A DNA stretch of 64,000 nucleotides. Origin: Monocercomonoides exilis PA203. Lineage: Eukaryota > Protista > Preaxostyla. Where the stretch lies: positions 1,054,001 through 1,118,000 of the forward strand of contig LSRY02000002.1 of NCBI GenBank assembly GCA_001643675.2, written 5' to 3'. Shown piece by piece: positions 24,620 to 37,380 of the stretch. The position numbers were made by a program, and so were the translations under genes. The notes beneath the pieces are model-generated. The model had not been told where the DNA came from, ran no database searches, and saw only the letters and a list, made by a program, of their open reading frames with translations. Position 1 is the stretch's first letter. Each line of letters starts with the position of its first letter.

Positions 24620-27350
24620 ACCACATCCGCCCCTGCCCCTTCACTTGCCCCTGCTGATGCCACCGAAATCATCAGCCCCTGGCCATTCAGAGCCATCTTC
24701 AGCAGCGCAAAATGCAGGCTAATTGTCTTCTTAACCGTCCTTTTCTCAGATGGACACAGATATGCTCAAATTTCGGAGGTATTAAATTTATTTTGTTGCT
24801 TCAAGAACAGCGTGAAGAAATCGTTGCGCTGGCACGCCTTCACCACATATTCGAATGATAGCAAGCAGCACCCAGACAGCATGTACTCATCCCGAAAAAT
24901 ACCCAGCGATAGCGCATGCGGAGTCTGCGGAATGGACACACAATGAAAAGACTCCTGTTCGAATATATGATCCCTCTCCTAGCTTCGTGTGAAGATGATG
25001 ATGAAAAAGTCAAGGGATCGCAGCTACGAATTGCATCGCGCAGCGCCTTTATCACCTTTTTTCAACTTCATTGCTTCCGCTTGGTTGAAGTTCTTCAAAG
25101 ACCTCAGAAACACAGACGAGTCTGCCTCTCCCTTCTACAAAAAAAATCCCTCAAACTCCACCAAAATAACATCTCGATTTTCTTCTCCGAAGCCTCTTTA
25201 ACCAATGATTTGATTTTCATTCAAAACATCCTGTCCAGAGTCATCAGGAAGATCTAGCTCTCTTCTGCGAGTGGCTTCAACTGAAAACCTTCAAATAGCA
25301 CTTTGCAGATGTAATGAAAACCACAACTTGTCTCCTTTGCGCTCCTCCCCCACAAACTTCCCTAACAACAACACATCAGCAAAGTCATTTGGAAACAGCT
25401 CCACAACGAAGATCATCTTTTATATCACTGCCTCGCTCATCTTCTGCGCTGCATGCTTCACCCACAGCCACATGATCACAAAATCCCCAAACTACTGACT
25501 CGAAACCACAACTCCCGCTAACACAGCGATGCCCTCTCCCAAGTCTGTTGCGTTCATGTCTCCGAATATCCCCAGAATCTACGTCAGCTTCAACACCAGC
25601 GACGACTTACACACTATCATCTGCGGCTTCAACAAACGCTTCATCTGCACAGGCGACTGCAACGTGATCGGTATCCAAAGCTCATGCGCCGTTTCGTGCG
25701 CAACTTGCCTTAGTGACCAAGAAACCGTTCTCATCTGATGCTCCATCGTCTCTTCATTTAACTCCTTCTTTTTCTTCTGCTCCCACTTCTATTGTGCAAG
25801 ATCCGTACGCAGCTTCTCATTCATCTATTGCACAGCGCCTTCTGCATGTGTATCGTCTTTTCCTGTTCTTTTGACAGCACCATTCTTTTCTATCTTTCGC
25901 TGATCCCAGATCTCGTTCCCTAACTTCCACCTCACTCGAAACTCTTTCCACCCACAGTTGTCTTCTTCCCACAACACTCATCCCGCTCCCCACTTTCACA
26001 TCATCCCCCTTCCCTCTCGTTTCTGACCAAACCAACACAGTGCTGTCACATTCGAAGCTCGCTGCAATCTTCTCTTGACTCTTTTCACACAGCCCCAACT
26101 TCAGAATCAACAAAGCCAAAGACTGAACCTCCCCACCTCCCGCAGACAACAACGAAGAAGGCGTAGCAAGCCTTACCACTAATACATCATTATTCGCTTG
26201 CCATCCACACTCTCCACCCCACTCTGCCCTGCTGAGAATGCAGCTTCTTCTCCTTCTCAATCACTACATCAATCAGCTCCACATTCTCATTCATCGCCAC
26301 AAGCTGCTGCAGCTCCTTCACATCTGTGTTATTCTTCTAGTTCAGCTCCAGTATCTTCCTCTCTCGCATACTTTGATCTTGTCATTCTGCTGCAGCTGCT
26401 CCACCAGCCCGCTCGTCCGCTTCGATATCTGCTCGTCGTCCCGGATCTTCTGCAGCAGCATGACGAACTCCGAATACCGTTTCTCCATCTCCTGCTTCGC
26501 CTCCTCGTGCAGCTCCATTAGCTCCGGGATCTGCCGCTCCAGCTCCTCCTTCTCCACCCCCAGCTCCACAACATGCCCCTCGCACTTTCCGTCCTTCTTG
26601 CTTAGCGTCTGAGCAGCGTTCGCCTTTGTCTCCTCCAGGTCTTCCTTCTTGTTCTTCAGCTCTTCACCTCTTCACACGCCGCAACTCTTAGCCTCTTCAC
26701 TTCTTCATCCAATTTCACAACCTCACGCCTCGACAACTGCGATTGTAAGATCTGTGGTGAATGATTAAAATTGATTGTTGATAGACAATAATTCATTCAT
26801 GTCTGCCTCCTTAAAGATGCACTTGCCTTGCAACTTCGTTCACGAAAATGCTGTAAGTTTTATAAGCGGACGCACATGCTGAACTGTAAGCATCGCCGAA
26901 AGCACCACATCGTACGCACACACAACACCTCCATACAGCACCACCCTTTGCGCCACAACATAACCCCTCAGCGTCTGTTGCTCCCTCAGTGACGACTATT
27001 GTGATTTTCATACACTTAAGCCACTTCTCAATATCATCCATCACTCTTGCCGAAGTGAATAACGCCTCCACTGCAGACGCATCCGAAGGGTCAATCATAG
27101 GTGTCGATGATGAAGATGGCTGATCATCTCCTGTCACTTTCTTCTCTTCGCTTCTCCGCCTCCGAAATGGCGAAGTTGATCGGCGTGCTGCTCCAGTTGA
27201 AGAAGACAAAGGCGCTGAGCGATGAGACGACTGCTGAGCTGCCCCGGCCACAAGAAGCTTTTTGATACAACTCATCGCACAAAATTGCAGTGCCTTTCGT
27301 GTCACAAAAACAAAGTCCATATTCAAATAAGAAACGTCAATCATCACCGA
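24620..27350 (-). pseudogene. Decayed paralog of 21180-23980; right member of the inverted pair
   Basis: KKLLVAGAAQQSSH, EFVMLLQKIRDDEQISK, ATPSSLLSAGGGEVQSLALLILKLGL. Confidence 0.6.
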
Positions 27351-27962
27351 AATCTCATCTTTTTGATCTAATGGAAAAGAAGGAACAGAATTTCTTTTGA
27401 AAAGATTTGAAATGAGAAAAAATAGATGAGAAACAAAAAAAAGAAAATGAAAAGTTGAAAGCTATTTAAGACATAATTCATGTTTTGATTCAAAACATGA
27501 GATGCCATTTCTTTTTTGAATTTTTTATAAAAGGACATTAAATGCAAGAAATTGCAGTTGTCAATTATTTATTTATTATAAAACTAAAAATTGCTCTTTG
27601 TATACAACTTTTTGAATTTCTTTCAATTCAATGAGGACAGAATCGATGAAATTTTCTTATTTAATAATTTCTGATAAAAAACTCATATTTAAGCAAGTTA
27701 AAATCTATTTATCTTTCAACATAGGAAAACACTGAAAAAAAAGTCTCCATTCGCATAATCAAAACGTAGACTTGAACAGTTGAAATGAAAACAAAGAAAT
27801 ATAAACATATTTTTCTGTGAGTTCAAAAAACAAGAAAAAAAATATTTAAATCAAAAAAGTGATTCAATAGTTAATTGGGTATTTGAAATCTATTTTATTA
27901 AAACGCAATATGTGGGGAAAGGGTGGCAAAACTCAATAGAATAACATTCAGCAATATATAAT

Positions 27963-28051
27963 GGTAACGGAATGATCAACATTTTTTGATCATTTGTGAT
28001 CTGATTTTCAGATCAATTAATATTTTGTGACTTTTCAAAAAAAAAATACCC
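27963..28051 (+). repeat. ~90-bp mini-element with Sola/MITE-like ends
   Basis: GGTAACGGAATG...GACTTTTCAAAAAAAAAATACCC|ATAT; right end resembles the MITE C terminus at 13900. Confidence 0.85.
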
Positions 28052-28169
28052 ATATAATTTTTTTTGTATTTGGAAATGAATGTGAAAAATTGCGTTGTGC
28101 CATTTGTCTTTAGAAAATATTAGATGTCTTACAATTCCAATGAAAATGCTTACAATTCGTCGAGCAATT

Positions 28170-28437
28170 GGGGGAAAATATGAATTTTAATGCTTTTTTT
28201 GCACAAAACATTAAAAAATTGTTTCATTCAAAACTTTGTTATTCTTTCTCAGTTATCAAAATTAATCGGATATTTGAATCTGCAAAAAGAAATCATTGCT
28301 ATTATGGAATAATGTTTAATGAACTGAAACAAATTACAAAAAATGGACAGATTTTATTCTAATTTTTTGAATACGACAAGTTTATCAAAAATTCATTATT
28401 TTTCAATGAAAATGCTTGCAGAAAAATAATTCGTACC
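28170..28437 (+). mobile_element. MITE family B (degenerate)
   Basis: GGGGGAAAATATGAATTTTAATGC...TTTTCAATGAAAATGCTTG...TCGTACC. Confidence 0.8.
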
Positions 28438-29394
28438 AAATGGGAAAACGTGACAAAGTTTTGTATAATTGTTTTCAAAATTTGGATGAAGCTTTTTTTT
28501 AAGGAAAATGAATAAGTTCTGCTCTTAAAATGTCTATAAAGTCTTCCTTAAAAATCCAATTTTTTTTCACAATGATTTCTCACTTTTTCTGAAAAAATGA
28601 GTAAAAATAGAACAAACAAAACCATGTTGAAAATGAAAATGAAGGAGCAGTATTTTTAAATTTTTGTTTGATGGATTTACAATGGTCAACTTGTGCAAAT
28701 TTCAATATTCACTTTTTAAGTTCAAAAAGAAAAGGAACTTAACTGAAACAGTTGCAAATGACCAGGATTTTTCAATTGCTGCAACATCAAATAAATATAA
28801 TTAATATTACAAAATGTTGTTCAATATAAGTGCAATCCTATGAATATCTTTGAGACAGTATTTTATTTGCTTTTATTTTTTAATTTCATTTGTTTCATTT
28901 ATTTGTTTCTTTTTCTTTTTTTTTTGATAAAAAAATTGATAATATATTATTTTCCTAAATTTCATATTTCCTCAGAAATGAGAAAAAGCCAGAAGATTTT
29001 GTGAGGCGACAAATCAATGCTGAATGCTTTGAAAAAAAAATATAATATAATATAATATAATATAATATTATATAATAAAAATTATAAAAAAGAAAGAAAG
29101 AATGAATGAAAAAATGAAAAAATGAAAAAAAATGAAGAAGAAAAATATTACATAATTGAAAAACAAGTACAATAAAAAGAAAAAGCATCTTAAAGATATT
29201 TTTTGATAATTCTTATTATTTTTGTAATAACCATTAAAGTTATATATTTTCTTAACTAAATTTAAAAAAAAATTTGACCTTTTGCAATATTAACAATCAC
29301 AATTTTTCCTTCTACGGTGCTGTATTAGAAGACTGTGGAGCTGTGAGCGGGGCTGGTTTGGATGGATTTTGGGCAGCAAGCGGGGCATACGTGT

Positions 29395-29540
29395 TTGGAG
29401 CTGGAGGTGGAAAAGATGTTTGTGGGCTTGGAGCTGGTGGTGGAAGGGATGTTTGTGGGCTTGGAGCTGGTGGTGGAAGGGATGTTTGTGGGATTGGAGC
29501 TGGAGGTGGAAGGGATGTTTGTGGGATTGGAGCTGGTGGT
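29395..29540. repeat. 33-bp tandem repeat, about 4 copies (minus strand PPPAPSPQTSL)
   Basis: Unit GATGTTTGTGGGCTTGGAGCTGGTGGTGGAAGG. Confidence 0.9.
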
Positions 29541-29589
29541 GCAGTGCATGCTGGAGTTTTTAGAAATGAGGCTGATATGGAAGAAAAGT

Positions 29590-30965
29590 TAGATGGAGGA
29601 GAAGGTGGAATGGAAGGAGGATTTGATGGAAAAGAAGGTGGAATGGAAGGAGGATTTGGATAAAGGAGAAGGTGGAATGGAAGGAAAATTTGGATAAAGG
29701 AGAAGGTGGAATGGAGGAAGAGTTGGATGGAGGAGAAGGTGGAATGGAGGAAGAGTTGGATGGAGGAGAAGGTGGAATGGAGGAAGAATTGGATGGAGGA
29801 GAAGGTGGAATGGAAGGAGGATTTGGATGGAGGAGAAGGTGGAATGGAAGGAGGATTTGATGGAAAAGAAGGTGGAATGGAGGAAGAGTTGGATGGAGGA
29901 GAAGGTGGAATGGAGGAAGAATTGGATGGAGGAGAAGGTGGAATGGAAGGAGGATTTGGATGGAGGAGAAGGTGGAATGGAAGGAGGATTTGATGGAAAA
30001 GAAGGTGGAATGGAAGGAGGATTTGGATGGAGGAGAAGGTGGAATGGAGGAAGAGTTGGATGGAGGAGAAGGTGGAATGGAGGAAGAGTTGGATGAAGGA
30101 GAAATTGTGATGGAGGAAGAGTTAAATGGAGGAGAAGGTGGAATGGAAGGAGGATTTGATGGAAAAGAAGGTGGAATGGAAAGAAGAATTGGATGGAGGA
30201 GAAGGTGGAATGGAGGAAGAGTTGGATGGAGGAGAAGGTGGAATGGAGGAAGAGTTGGATGGAGGAGAAGGTGGAATGGAGGAAGAGTTGGATGGAGGAG
30301 AAGGTGGAATGGAAGGAAGAATTGGATGGAGGAGAAGGTGGAATGGAAGGAAAATTTGGATAAAGGAGAAGGTGGAATGGAGGAAGAGTTGGATGGAGGA
30401 GAAGGTGGAATGGAGGAAGAGTTGGATGGAGGAGAAGGTGGAATGGAAGGAAAATTTGGATAAAGGAGAAGGTGGAATGGAGGAAGAGTTGGATGGAGGA
30501 GAAGGTGGAATGGAGGAAGAGTTGGATGGAGGAGAAGGTGGAATGGAGGAAGAATTGGATGGAGGAGAAGGTGGAATGGAAGGAGGATTTGGATGGAGGA
30601 GAAGGTGGAATGGAGGAAGAGTTGGATGGAGGAGAAGGTGGAATGGAAGGAAAATTTGGATAAAGGAGAAGGTGGAATGGAGGAAGAGTTGGATGGAGGA
30701 GAAGGTGGAATGGAGGAAGAGTTGGATGGAGGAGAAGGTGGAATGGAGGAAGAATTGGATGGAGGAGAAGGTGGAATGGAAGGAGGATTTGATGGAGGAG
30801 AAGGTGGAATGGAGGAAGAGTTGGATGGAGGAGAAGGTGGAATGGAGGAAGAGTTGGATGGAGGAGAAGGTGGAATGGAGGAAGAGTTGGATGGAGGAGA
30901 AGGTGGAATGGAGGAAGAGTTGGATGGAGGAGAAGGTGGAATGGAAGGAGGATTTGATGGAGGGA
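29590..30965. repeat. 33/34-bp purine-rich minisatellite, about 40 units (minus strand PPSPPSNSSSI)
   Basis: Unit GATGGAGGAGAAGGTGGAATGGAGGAAGAGTTG with recurrent 34-bp variants. Confidence 0.95.
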
Positions 30966-31029
30966 GGGAATTTGAAGAAGTTGATGAAAATTTTGAAAAT
31001 GATGTTTGTTTGACAAATAATTTGTAAAG

Positions 31030-31930
31030 GAAAAAAAAAATGGCTTTGGTATGTTTTCTTTTTATGATAAAATATTAAATAAAAAAACGAATAAAGATCT
31101 ATTTAATGAAATGAAAAAAGAAATTAATTTAAAAATGTCTTATTCAACATTCTGCAAAAAAACAAGAAATTTTTAAAAAATCAAAGAAAAAGACAGATTT
31201 ATGTGAAATTTGTGAAAGAGGAAATTTTTTGGAAAAGAGAAAGAAAGAAATAGTAAGAAAAGGACAAAAATTAATCCAAACTGAAGGTTATGAAATGTAT
31301 TAAATAATTCATCATCGAAAAATGGCCCAACATCAAAGAAACTTTTTTGATGAGAAGAAAGAAAATTTAAGAAAAAATGAAGTAATTATTTTAATGGATT
31401 TGAAAGAGAATTGGTGTTTACCAATTTCTTATAATGAGACTGGAAAATCTTTTTTTAATAAGAAACAAATTTCTCATTTGTGTTTTGTGGTTTTTTATGT
31501 TGATAATTTTGGTATTTAAAAAAATGTTGTTTTAATTCTTTTTTCTGAAATATTGTCTCACGATTATCGATTTGAAAGTGAATGTTTGAAACAACTACTG
31601 CAATTTGATATTTTTTTGAATGTTGATGCTTTTAACTTTTTTTGCGACAATGGGCAGCATTTTCGTAATTCTCAAATTTTTATTTTTATTTTTTCTGATA
31701 ATTCTTTTATATTAAAAAATAAACATTGTTCACTTTCATTTTTTGCTGAACATCACAGTAAAAATGAATGTGATAGTGAGTTTGGTTTTTTAACAAATTG
31801 AATTAATAATAAACTTGGCAAAAAAGTTCTGAGTTGAACATTTGATTTAATAGATTATTTTAGTTATAATTGTTATTCAAATTTGTTTGACACAAATTCT
31901 GATAATTCAACTTTTTTCATATATGATACT
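31030..31930 (+). pseudogene. Sola2-like DDD transposase relic
   Basis: KTDLCEICE, H..MAQHQR, IILMDLKENW, FFCDNGQHFRN, FFAEHHSKNECDSEFG. Confidence 0.8.
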
Positions 31931-32000
31931 TCGAAATGCAGTTTGAATTGTTCTTTTTATATTTTTTCTTCTTCTGTTCAAAATTAGGTTTCTTATATAT

Positions 32001-32258
32001 GGTTGATTATTTTTGTAATCATATTATTTCATTCAAACATTTCGGTGCAAAAATATTTCTTGAAAATCAAAAAAAAAAAATTGAAAAGTGAAAAGGCTTA
32101 TTGAATTCATTAAATTCTTTGATTCAGAAAAACCATTTATTTATTTGAAAACAATAATCAAGCTTTTTCTCTTTTGAACAAAAATTTTCTTTCAAAAACA
32201 AATAATCTTTGAAAAATCAACACCCCGAAAAAAGATATGATTTCAAAAATTATCACCC
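32001..32258 (+). mobile_element. MITE family A (258 bp), TSD ATAT
   Basis: GGTTGATTATTTTTGTAATCATA...TATGATTTCAAAAATTATCACCC. Confidence 0.9.
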
Positions 32259-33479
32259 ATATATAAAACGAAGCATCTTTTTTTTAAGGTTTGAATATTA
32301 TTATTTATTACATGAAAAATAAATAAATGAAATAAACTGAGCTGAACTGACAATTAAGGAATCAAATATAATTTTTTTATTGAAAAAAAGAAAGAAACAG
32401 CGAAACTATTCGTCTTGCAACTTTGTTGCAAAAACAGCTTTTGTGTGTATGAAATAAAAGAATAATTGTAGGAAAATAAAATAGAAACAATAAAAAGAAA
32501 AGTTTTCGAAATAAATGATAACAAAAAAAAAATGATATTTATATTTTTGAGAAAGGAAAATTCGGAAAAGGTGGGATGAAAATCATTAAAAATTGAATCA
32601 AATATTATAATTAACATTATGAATAAAAAGTTATGAATATTAATTATGATTTTTTCAACTATTCAAAAAATTCTTTTGATTCAAATTGATATTCAAATTA
32701 TTCAGGAATGTCACAGGCGAGTAATTAATTTTTTTAAAATTCATTTATAAATTCATTTTAAGAAAAAAATTTATTTTGTAATTCTGTCAAAATACCTTTT
32801 TTCACACAGAATTCTTTTTCTGAAGGGTTTTTGTAATTCAATTGATAATAATAAAAATTAATGAATTTTTTGAGTGATTTTTTTAATTTATAAATACCAA
32901 TTATTTATAACTTTTATAATGAACGTATTTTCAAATTATTTCTATTGCATCTTCATTTTTGTTTTTCATATTTTTGATTATAACGAAATTTTCTATATGT
33001 TGAAATAATTCTCTATCAAAAAAAAGATAACAAATTCGAAAATTTACAATTATTTGTTTATACTTATCCGATGAAACCAAATAATATTCGGCTGAGGACT
33101 CGACTGATTTAATGGTTTTTCTTTAAAGTTAATTTAAAATTGAGTAATTTGCAGGACTTATTTCTTGAATCAATTCCACAGGAAAAAAAATTGATGATAA
33201 TTATTATTCCAAAATAACAACAATAATCTTAAAAATATGAATCATTTGGATAATAAGAATATACATCGGCAACTTCAAGCTTTTTCATTGAAAACATAAA
33301 TAAAAAAAGACTTAATGAAATGTTCTGTGCAAATGGAAGAATAAACTTAATTGAAAGAGAAAATTCCGTACTTGGAATTATCAGCCAAGCGGATATTGTT
33401 GCTTGAAGCTTTGCAATCTTCAATAAGAGATGTTCACTTCGGCTTTCCAATACAATTTCTTGATTGAAGGGCCAAATGG

Positions 33480-34650
33480 CGAAATTCCTGAAAGATACGA
33501 CGATCTTCGAAGGCTTTGTCGCTTCTGATAATGCTTCTTTTAAATTTTTACCAAATTGGCTCTGTTTGATTCGACATTTCTTTGTACAAAGTCTGTATCA
33601 AATGTGTAAATGATTTTCATTATGTTTGGATAAACATATTTATCCAGTAACTGCACGTTTTGCAAGTTGTGAAAAAGAAGGATCACGATATTGATCTCGT
33701 TTTCTTTATCCAATCCCAAAACATCTTTGTTCGTGTGGGTTGTGGCACCACACATATGCAGGCACGCAGGAAAGTTTGATAATCCAGAAAGTTTTCTTCT
33801 TCAATCAATTGAATCGACTTCAACATATTTGAATAGGTCAAAAAATAAAGAAGAATCCATTTTTTTCTTTGCAGTGGTAACAAATACAAAGTTATTGAAT
33901 TTTTCTCATGCATATTCATGAGGGATAAATGTGAAATGACTGATCAATGAAGTTTTGCAATGTTCTCCGTAAACAGAAATAAATCAAAGTGATGAAACAG
34001 ATACAGAAAGTGGTGTTTCTTGAGAGATTGGGCTGGAGCAATCGGGCAGAGAAATTATTTTGGTTGATTCAGTTGTGTCTCTTTTGATACAAGTTTCATC
34101 CAGATTAAATATTAATTGTGGAATATTTTTCTTCTTCTTATATAATTCTTCCAAATCTTCAAAAAGAGAACGCAAAATGAGCCTTGTTGAGTGTTCGATT
34201 CTGTTTATAGGATGTTTTGCTGGCTTTTTTAATGAAGACCATTTTATATTGGATTAGAAAAATTATCCCACTTTTTGTTTGCAGCCTATTGATTTCCACT
34301 TTCGTTCTTTTTTGAAGAATAAATGAAACTTGCCTATTTGAAATAAAAAACCAATTTATTTTTTTCTAATGAATAATTCAAATAACATTTGTGCATAACT
34401 TTTCCGTTGTTCCTTTAAGATGGTGTGTTTATTTCCTTTTTTTTACAAACAATGGTACTTCATCCCGAAACATGAAAAGTCGTTTGACAATGTTGTCCAT
34501 TGATTCCAACATTATAAACGATTGCTTCCACTTTCAAAGCTCTTTTGTACGCACATTTTGATTTTAATCTGGCTATGAAAACGTTTAAAACTTTGAGACC
34601 TTCTTTTTGTATTATTTTCATGATTTTCAGCTCCTTGGTTGTTTCTTTCT
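33480..34650 (-). pseudogene. pogo-like DDD (DDE_1) transposase relic
   Basis: LIFNLDET, CLHMCGATTH (decayed LLxLDGxxTH), IVILLFHNLQNVQLLDKYVY (decayed LPPHxTHxxQPLDxxVF). Confidence 0.7.
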
Positions 34651-34906
34651 TTTATTAGATCAAGCAAAATTTTAACAAATTTGTTAATATTTAACTTTAC
34701 AAATTGTTGTTAATTTTTTAATATATATTCATATTCTGGCATTTTTGGAAAAAGCTCAAAAATTTTCACTTCAAATAGAATTCGAAAAACACATGAATAA
34801 AAATAAAACTGTTCAAAACAATTTTAATTCCATAATAATAAATGTGTGTTTTTTTCACCATTGTATTGCAAATTTGAAGAGTTTCAAATAAAAATGTTAT
34901 TTAAAT

Positions 34907-35162
34907 TGGTAATATTTTTTGATGTCATATTTTTTCTTACAAAAATATCTGTACAAAATTTTCCCTTGAATATCAATAAAAGATCACTGAAAAATGAAAA
35001 GGTTTATTAAAAACATCTTCATCTTTATTTGAGCATAAACATTTATTTTTAAAAACAGTTGTGATGAATTCAGCATTTGAACACAAAATCTCTTCACAAT
35101 GACAAACAAACTTTGAAAAATGAACACCTCGAAAAAAGTTTTGATTTCAAAGATAATCACAC
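34907..35162 (+). mobile_element. MITE family A (256 bp, degenerate), TSD AAAT
   Basis: AAAT|TGGTAATATTTTTTGATGTCA...TGATTTCAAAGATAATCACAC|AAAT. Confidence 0.8.
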
Positions 35163-35188
35163 AAATATTTTTTCAATCGTATTCATAA

Positions 35189-35456
35189 TGTGCAAAATAT
35201 TGTGCTTCAAGCATTTTCATTGAAAAATGATGAACTTTTCATTGACTTTATTACATCAAAAAACACAATAAAAATTGGTTCATTTTTTGACATTCGTGAA
35301 ATGTTGGAACACTTTCTGTTATGATTTCAACGATGCCTGTTTGCAGATTCGAAAATCATATTTATTTTGAAATCTGAGAAAGCGAAATAAAGTTATGAGT
35401 GAAGCTATTTTTCAATGCCTTGTGCAAAAATAACTTGAAAGTCCGAATTTTCCCCT
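35189..35456 (-). mobile_element. MITE family B (degenerate), TSD ATAA
   Basis: Ends CTTGAAAGTCCGAATTTTCCCCT, the reverse complement of the family B left end. Confidence 0.85.
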
Positions 35457-36229
35457 ATAAATGTTTATTAGAATATTGAAACGGGATAATCACAAGCGAA
35501 ATCGATTCTTCTTATTTTTGTAATAATTTGAAAACGAACAAATTTGCATTCAAACAAGAAATCCAACAACAAATCATAACAAAAACCACAAAGGTTAAGT
35601 TTAATAGCAACAACTCAGGTCAAAACTCTCGTAACTTATTACTCGTAAAAATATGAGCAACTCTTTGATTATTAAAGTCTATGAAAAAAGTATTAATTTG
35701 CTTTCAAAAATAAGAGAAATATTTTCTTGAGAAGAAAATGATCAATTTTTGAAAGTTTCAAATAACTGTTGGTGGAAAATGCGGTTGAAAAAGTTATTTT
35801 GTGAGAGGAAAATTTAAATGAACGTATCATAATGAGAAATAAGAAATATTCAAACATGTCTAAGCTCAATTCATGTGGGTTTTTTTCCATTAACAAATTT
35901 ATCAACAGAAAAATTTTCTGAACCTTTGTAATTTATACAGCAGTTTGTTCCAAAAACAATATCAAAAATATTTCATAATTTTATATAATCAGAAGAAATA
36001 ATTTGAATATTAAGTTATTAATTATTCATAAATAGCTGTTTGTGAACAAATTTCAATCTCATTAATTGAAACTTAACTTAAAAAGAATTAGATAAAAGGT
36101 GTAATAATAGACCCTTCAAAAAAACACTCCAAACCCTCTTCATTGTTTGATTGCAATATCCGACTTCCGATTATTTTCATTTCCGTCACAAAAGATCTTC
36201 GAAATAAAAAAAGAAATATGCTGTAACGT

Positions 36230-36440
36230 GGAAAACTGCTGTTGGATCCAAAGCTATTTCAAACGGTGCATGGGAAAGAGGAATAGTGGCGATGAAAGCA
36301 AATCTGGAAGTGGGGAAAATGGACCGCCCATCAATAATTACAAGTGAACAACTGGAAAGAGTTGAAAACCTAGTCATTGCACTTTTTTCTGAACAAAAAA
36401 ATGTTAGAGTGAAAAACATTCAATCGATGGTTTGACGAGT
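36230..36440 (+). pseudogene. N-terminal HTH fragment of a pogo-like transposase
   Basis: RGIVAMKANLEVGKMDRPSIITSEQLERVE resembles RRAVKAVWQGRLVSKIISPSIV of the 50-51 kb pogo relic. Confidence 0.4.
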
Positions 36441-37380
36441 TGATCTTTTTATTTATTTTTCAATATTTTTTTTTCTGAGACAAATGCAATTGCAGAGCTT
36501 TTATCTTTCAAGATTGAATTTGTCTATTTTCTCATTTTCTCATTCATTTTCAAAAAAAAAGAGTTGTTAAAGATTCTATCACTAACCATCCTTGCTTATT
36601 ATCAAATATTGACTATAATTATTTTATTTATATAACAGTTGTTTTTGTCAATTACTAATTTGTCTATCTTTTGATTGGAAAATCCTTCATCATTATCGAC
36701 TTTTAGTATATCTTCATAAAAAAACAGAAAAAACGGGATTCATTCCAAAATTTGACCAACACTTCATTTCATCCTTTTTGCCTCAAAACACTTCAAAAAC
36801 AAAAGTTTCTCTAATTCATTCCTTCTTCGACACATGCAAAATGAGAAAAGTGAAAATTTCTAAAAGCGTTCAAATTGCAAAAACACTCAACTGAGTTCCC
36901 AATCTTTTCCTCCAGATTCGAACCGGATTCGATAGGAAAGAGGTTTCTGAGAAAAAGAACATGTTGATTTCTTATTAACAAGAAAAAAAGTCATTTAAAT
37001 ACTCAAATTATATATATTACACTCTAAATATAATCAATTCGCTTCAATCATTGGATTAATTAATATTTTCTCTATGGAAGTTTCAAATTAAACAGAAAAC
37101 GTCTGATTCAAAGCATGGCTGAGTGGAACAACATTTGTTGAAAACAATGAATTCTTCTTTTTTTTGGATATTTATCAATTAACTTTTAAAAATCACTCAA
37201 AGAAAGTGGACTTGTGAATGTCTTTTAATAAACTCCTATTAAAGAACAAATCTTCAAAGAAAGCTTCAAAAAAAAAAATCAAAACAGTGAAACAGGAGAA
37301 AAAATCGTTTCCATTGTCATGCTCGAGAAAAACAAGACATACAAAAAGAGGCGAATGGTGAACAATTAACTCGATCATAT

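Larger units (their letters stand above)
29312..31020 (-). pseudogene. 3' part of a Pro/Ser-rich repetitive protein gene, frameshifted and 5'-truncated
   Basis: Minus strand reads QTSFSKFSSTSSNSLPPS(NSSSIPPSPPS)n...(PPPAPSPQTSL)n...APQSSNTAP to TAG at 29312; 34-bp units break the frame. Confidence 0.5.

Noticed and set aside
29590-30965. CRISPR array
   Set aside because: Units are contiguous with no unique spacers, there are no cas genes, and the context is eukaryotic
29274-31027. Plus-strand DGGEGGMEEEL or MEEKVEWRKSW proteins
   Set aside because: Open frames arise from the repeat; the minus-strand Pro/Ser frame is more coherent with unique flanks, though not proven
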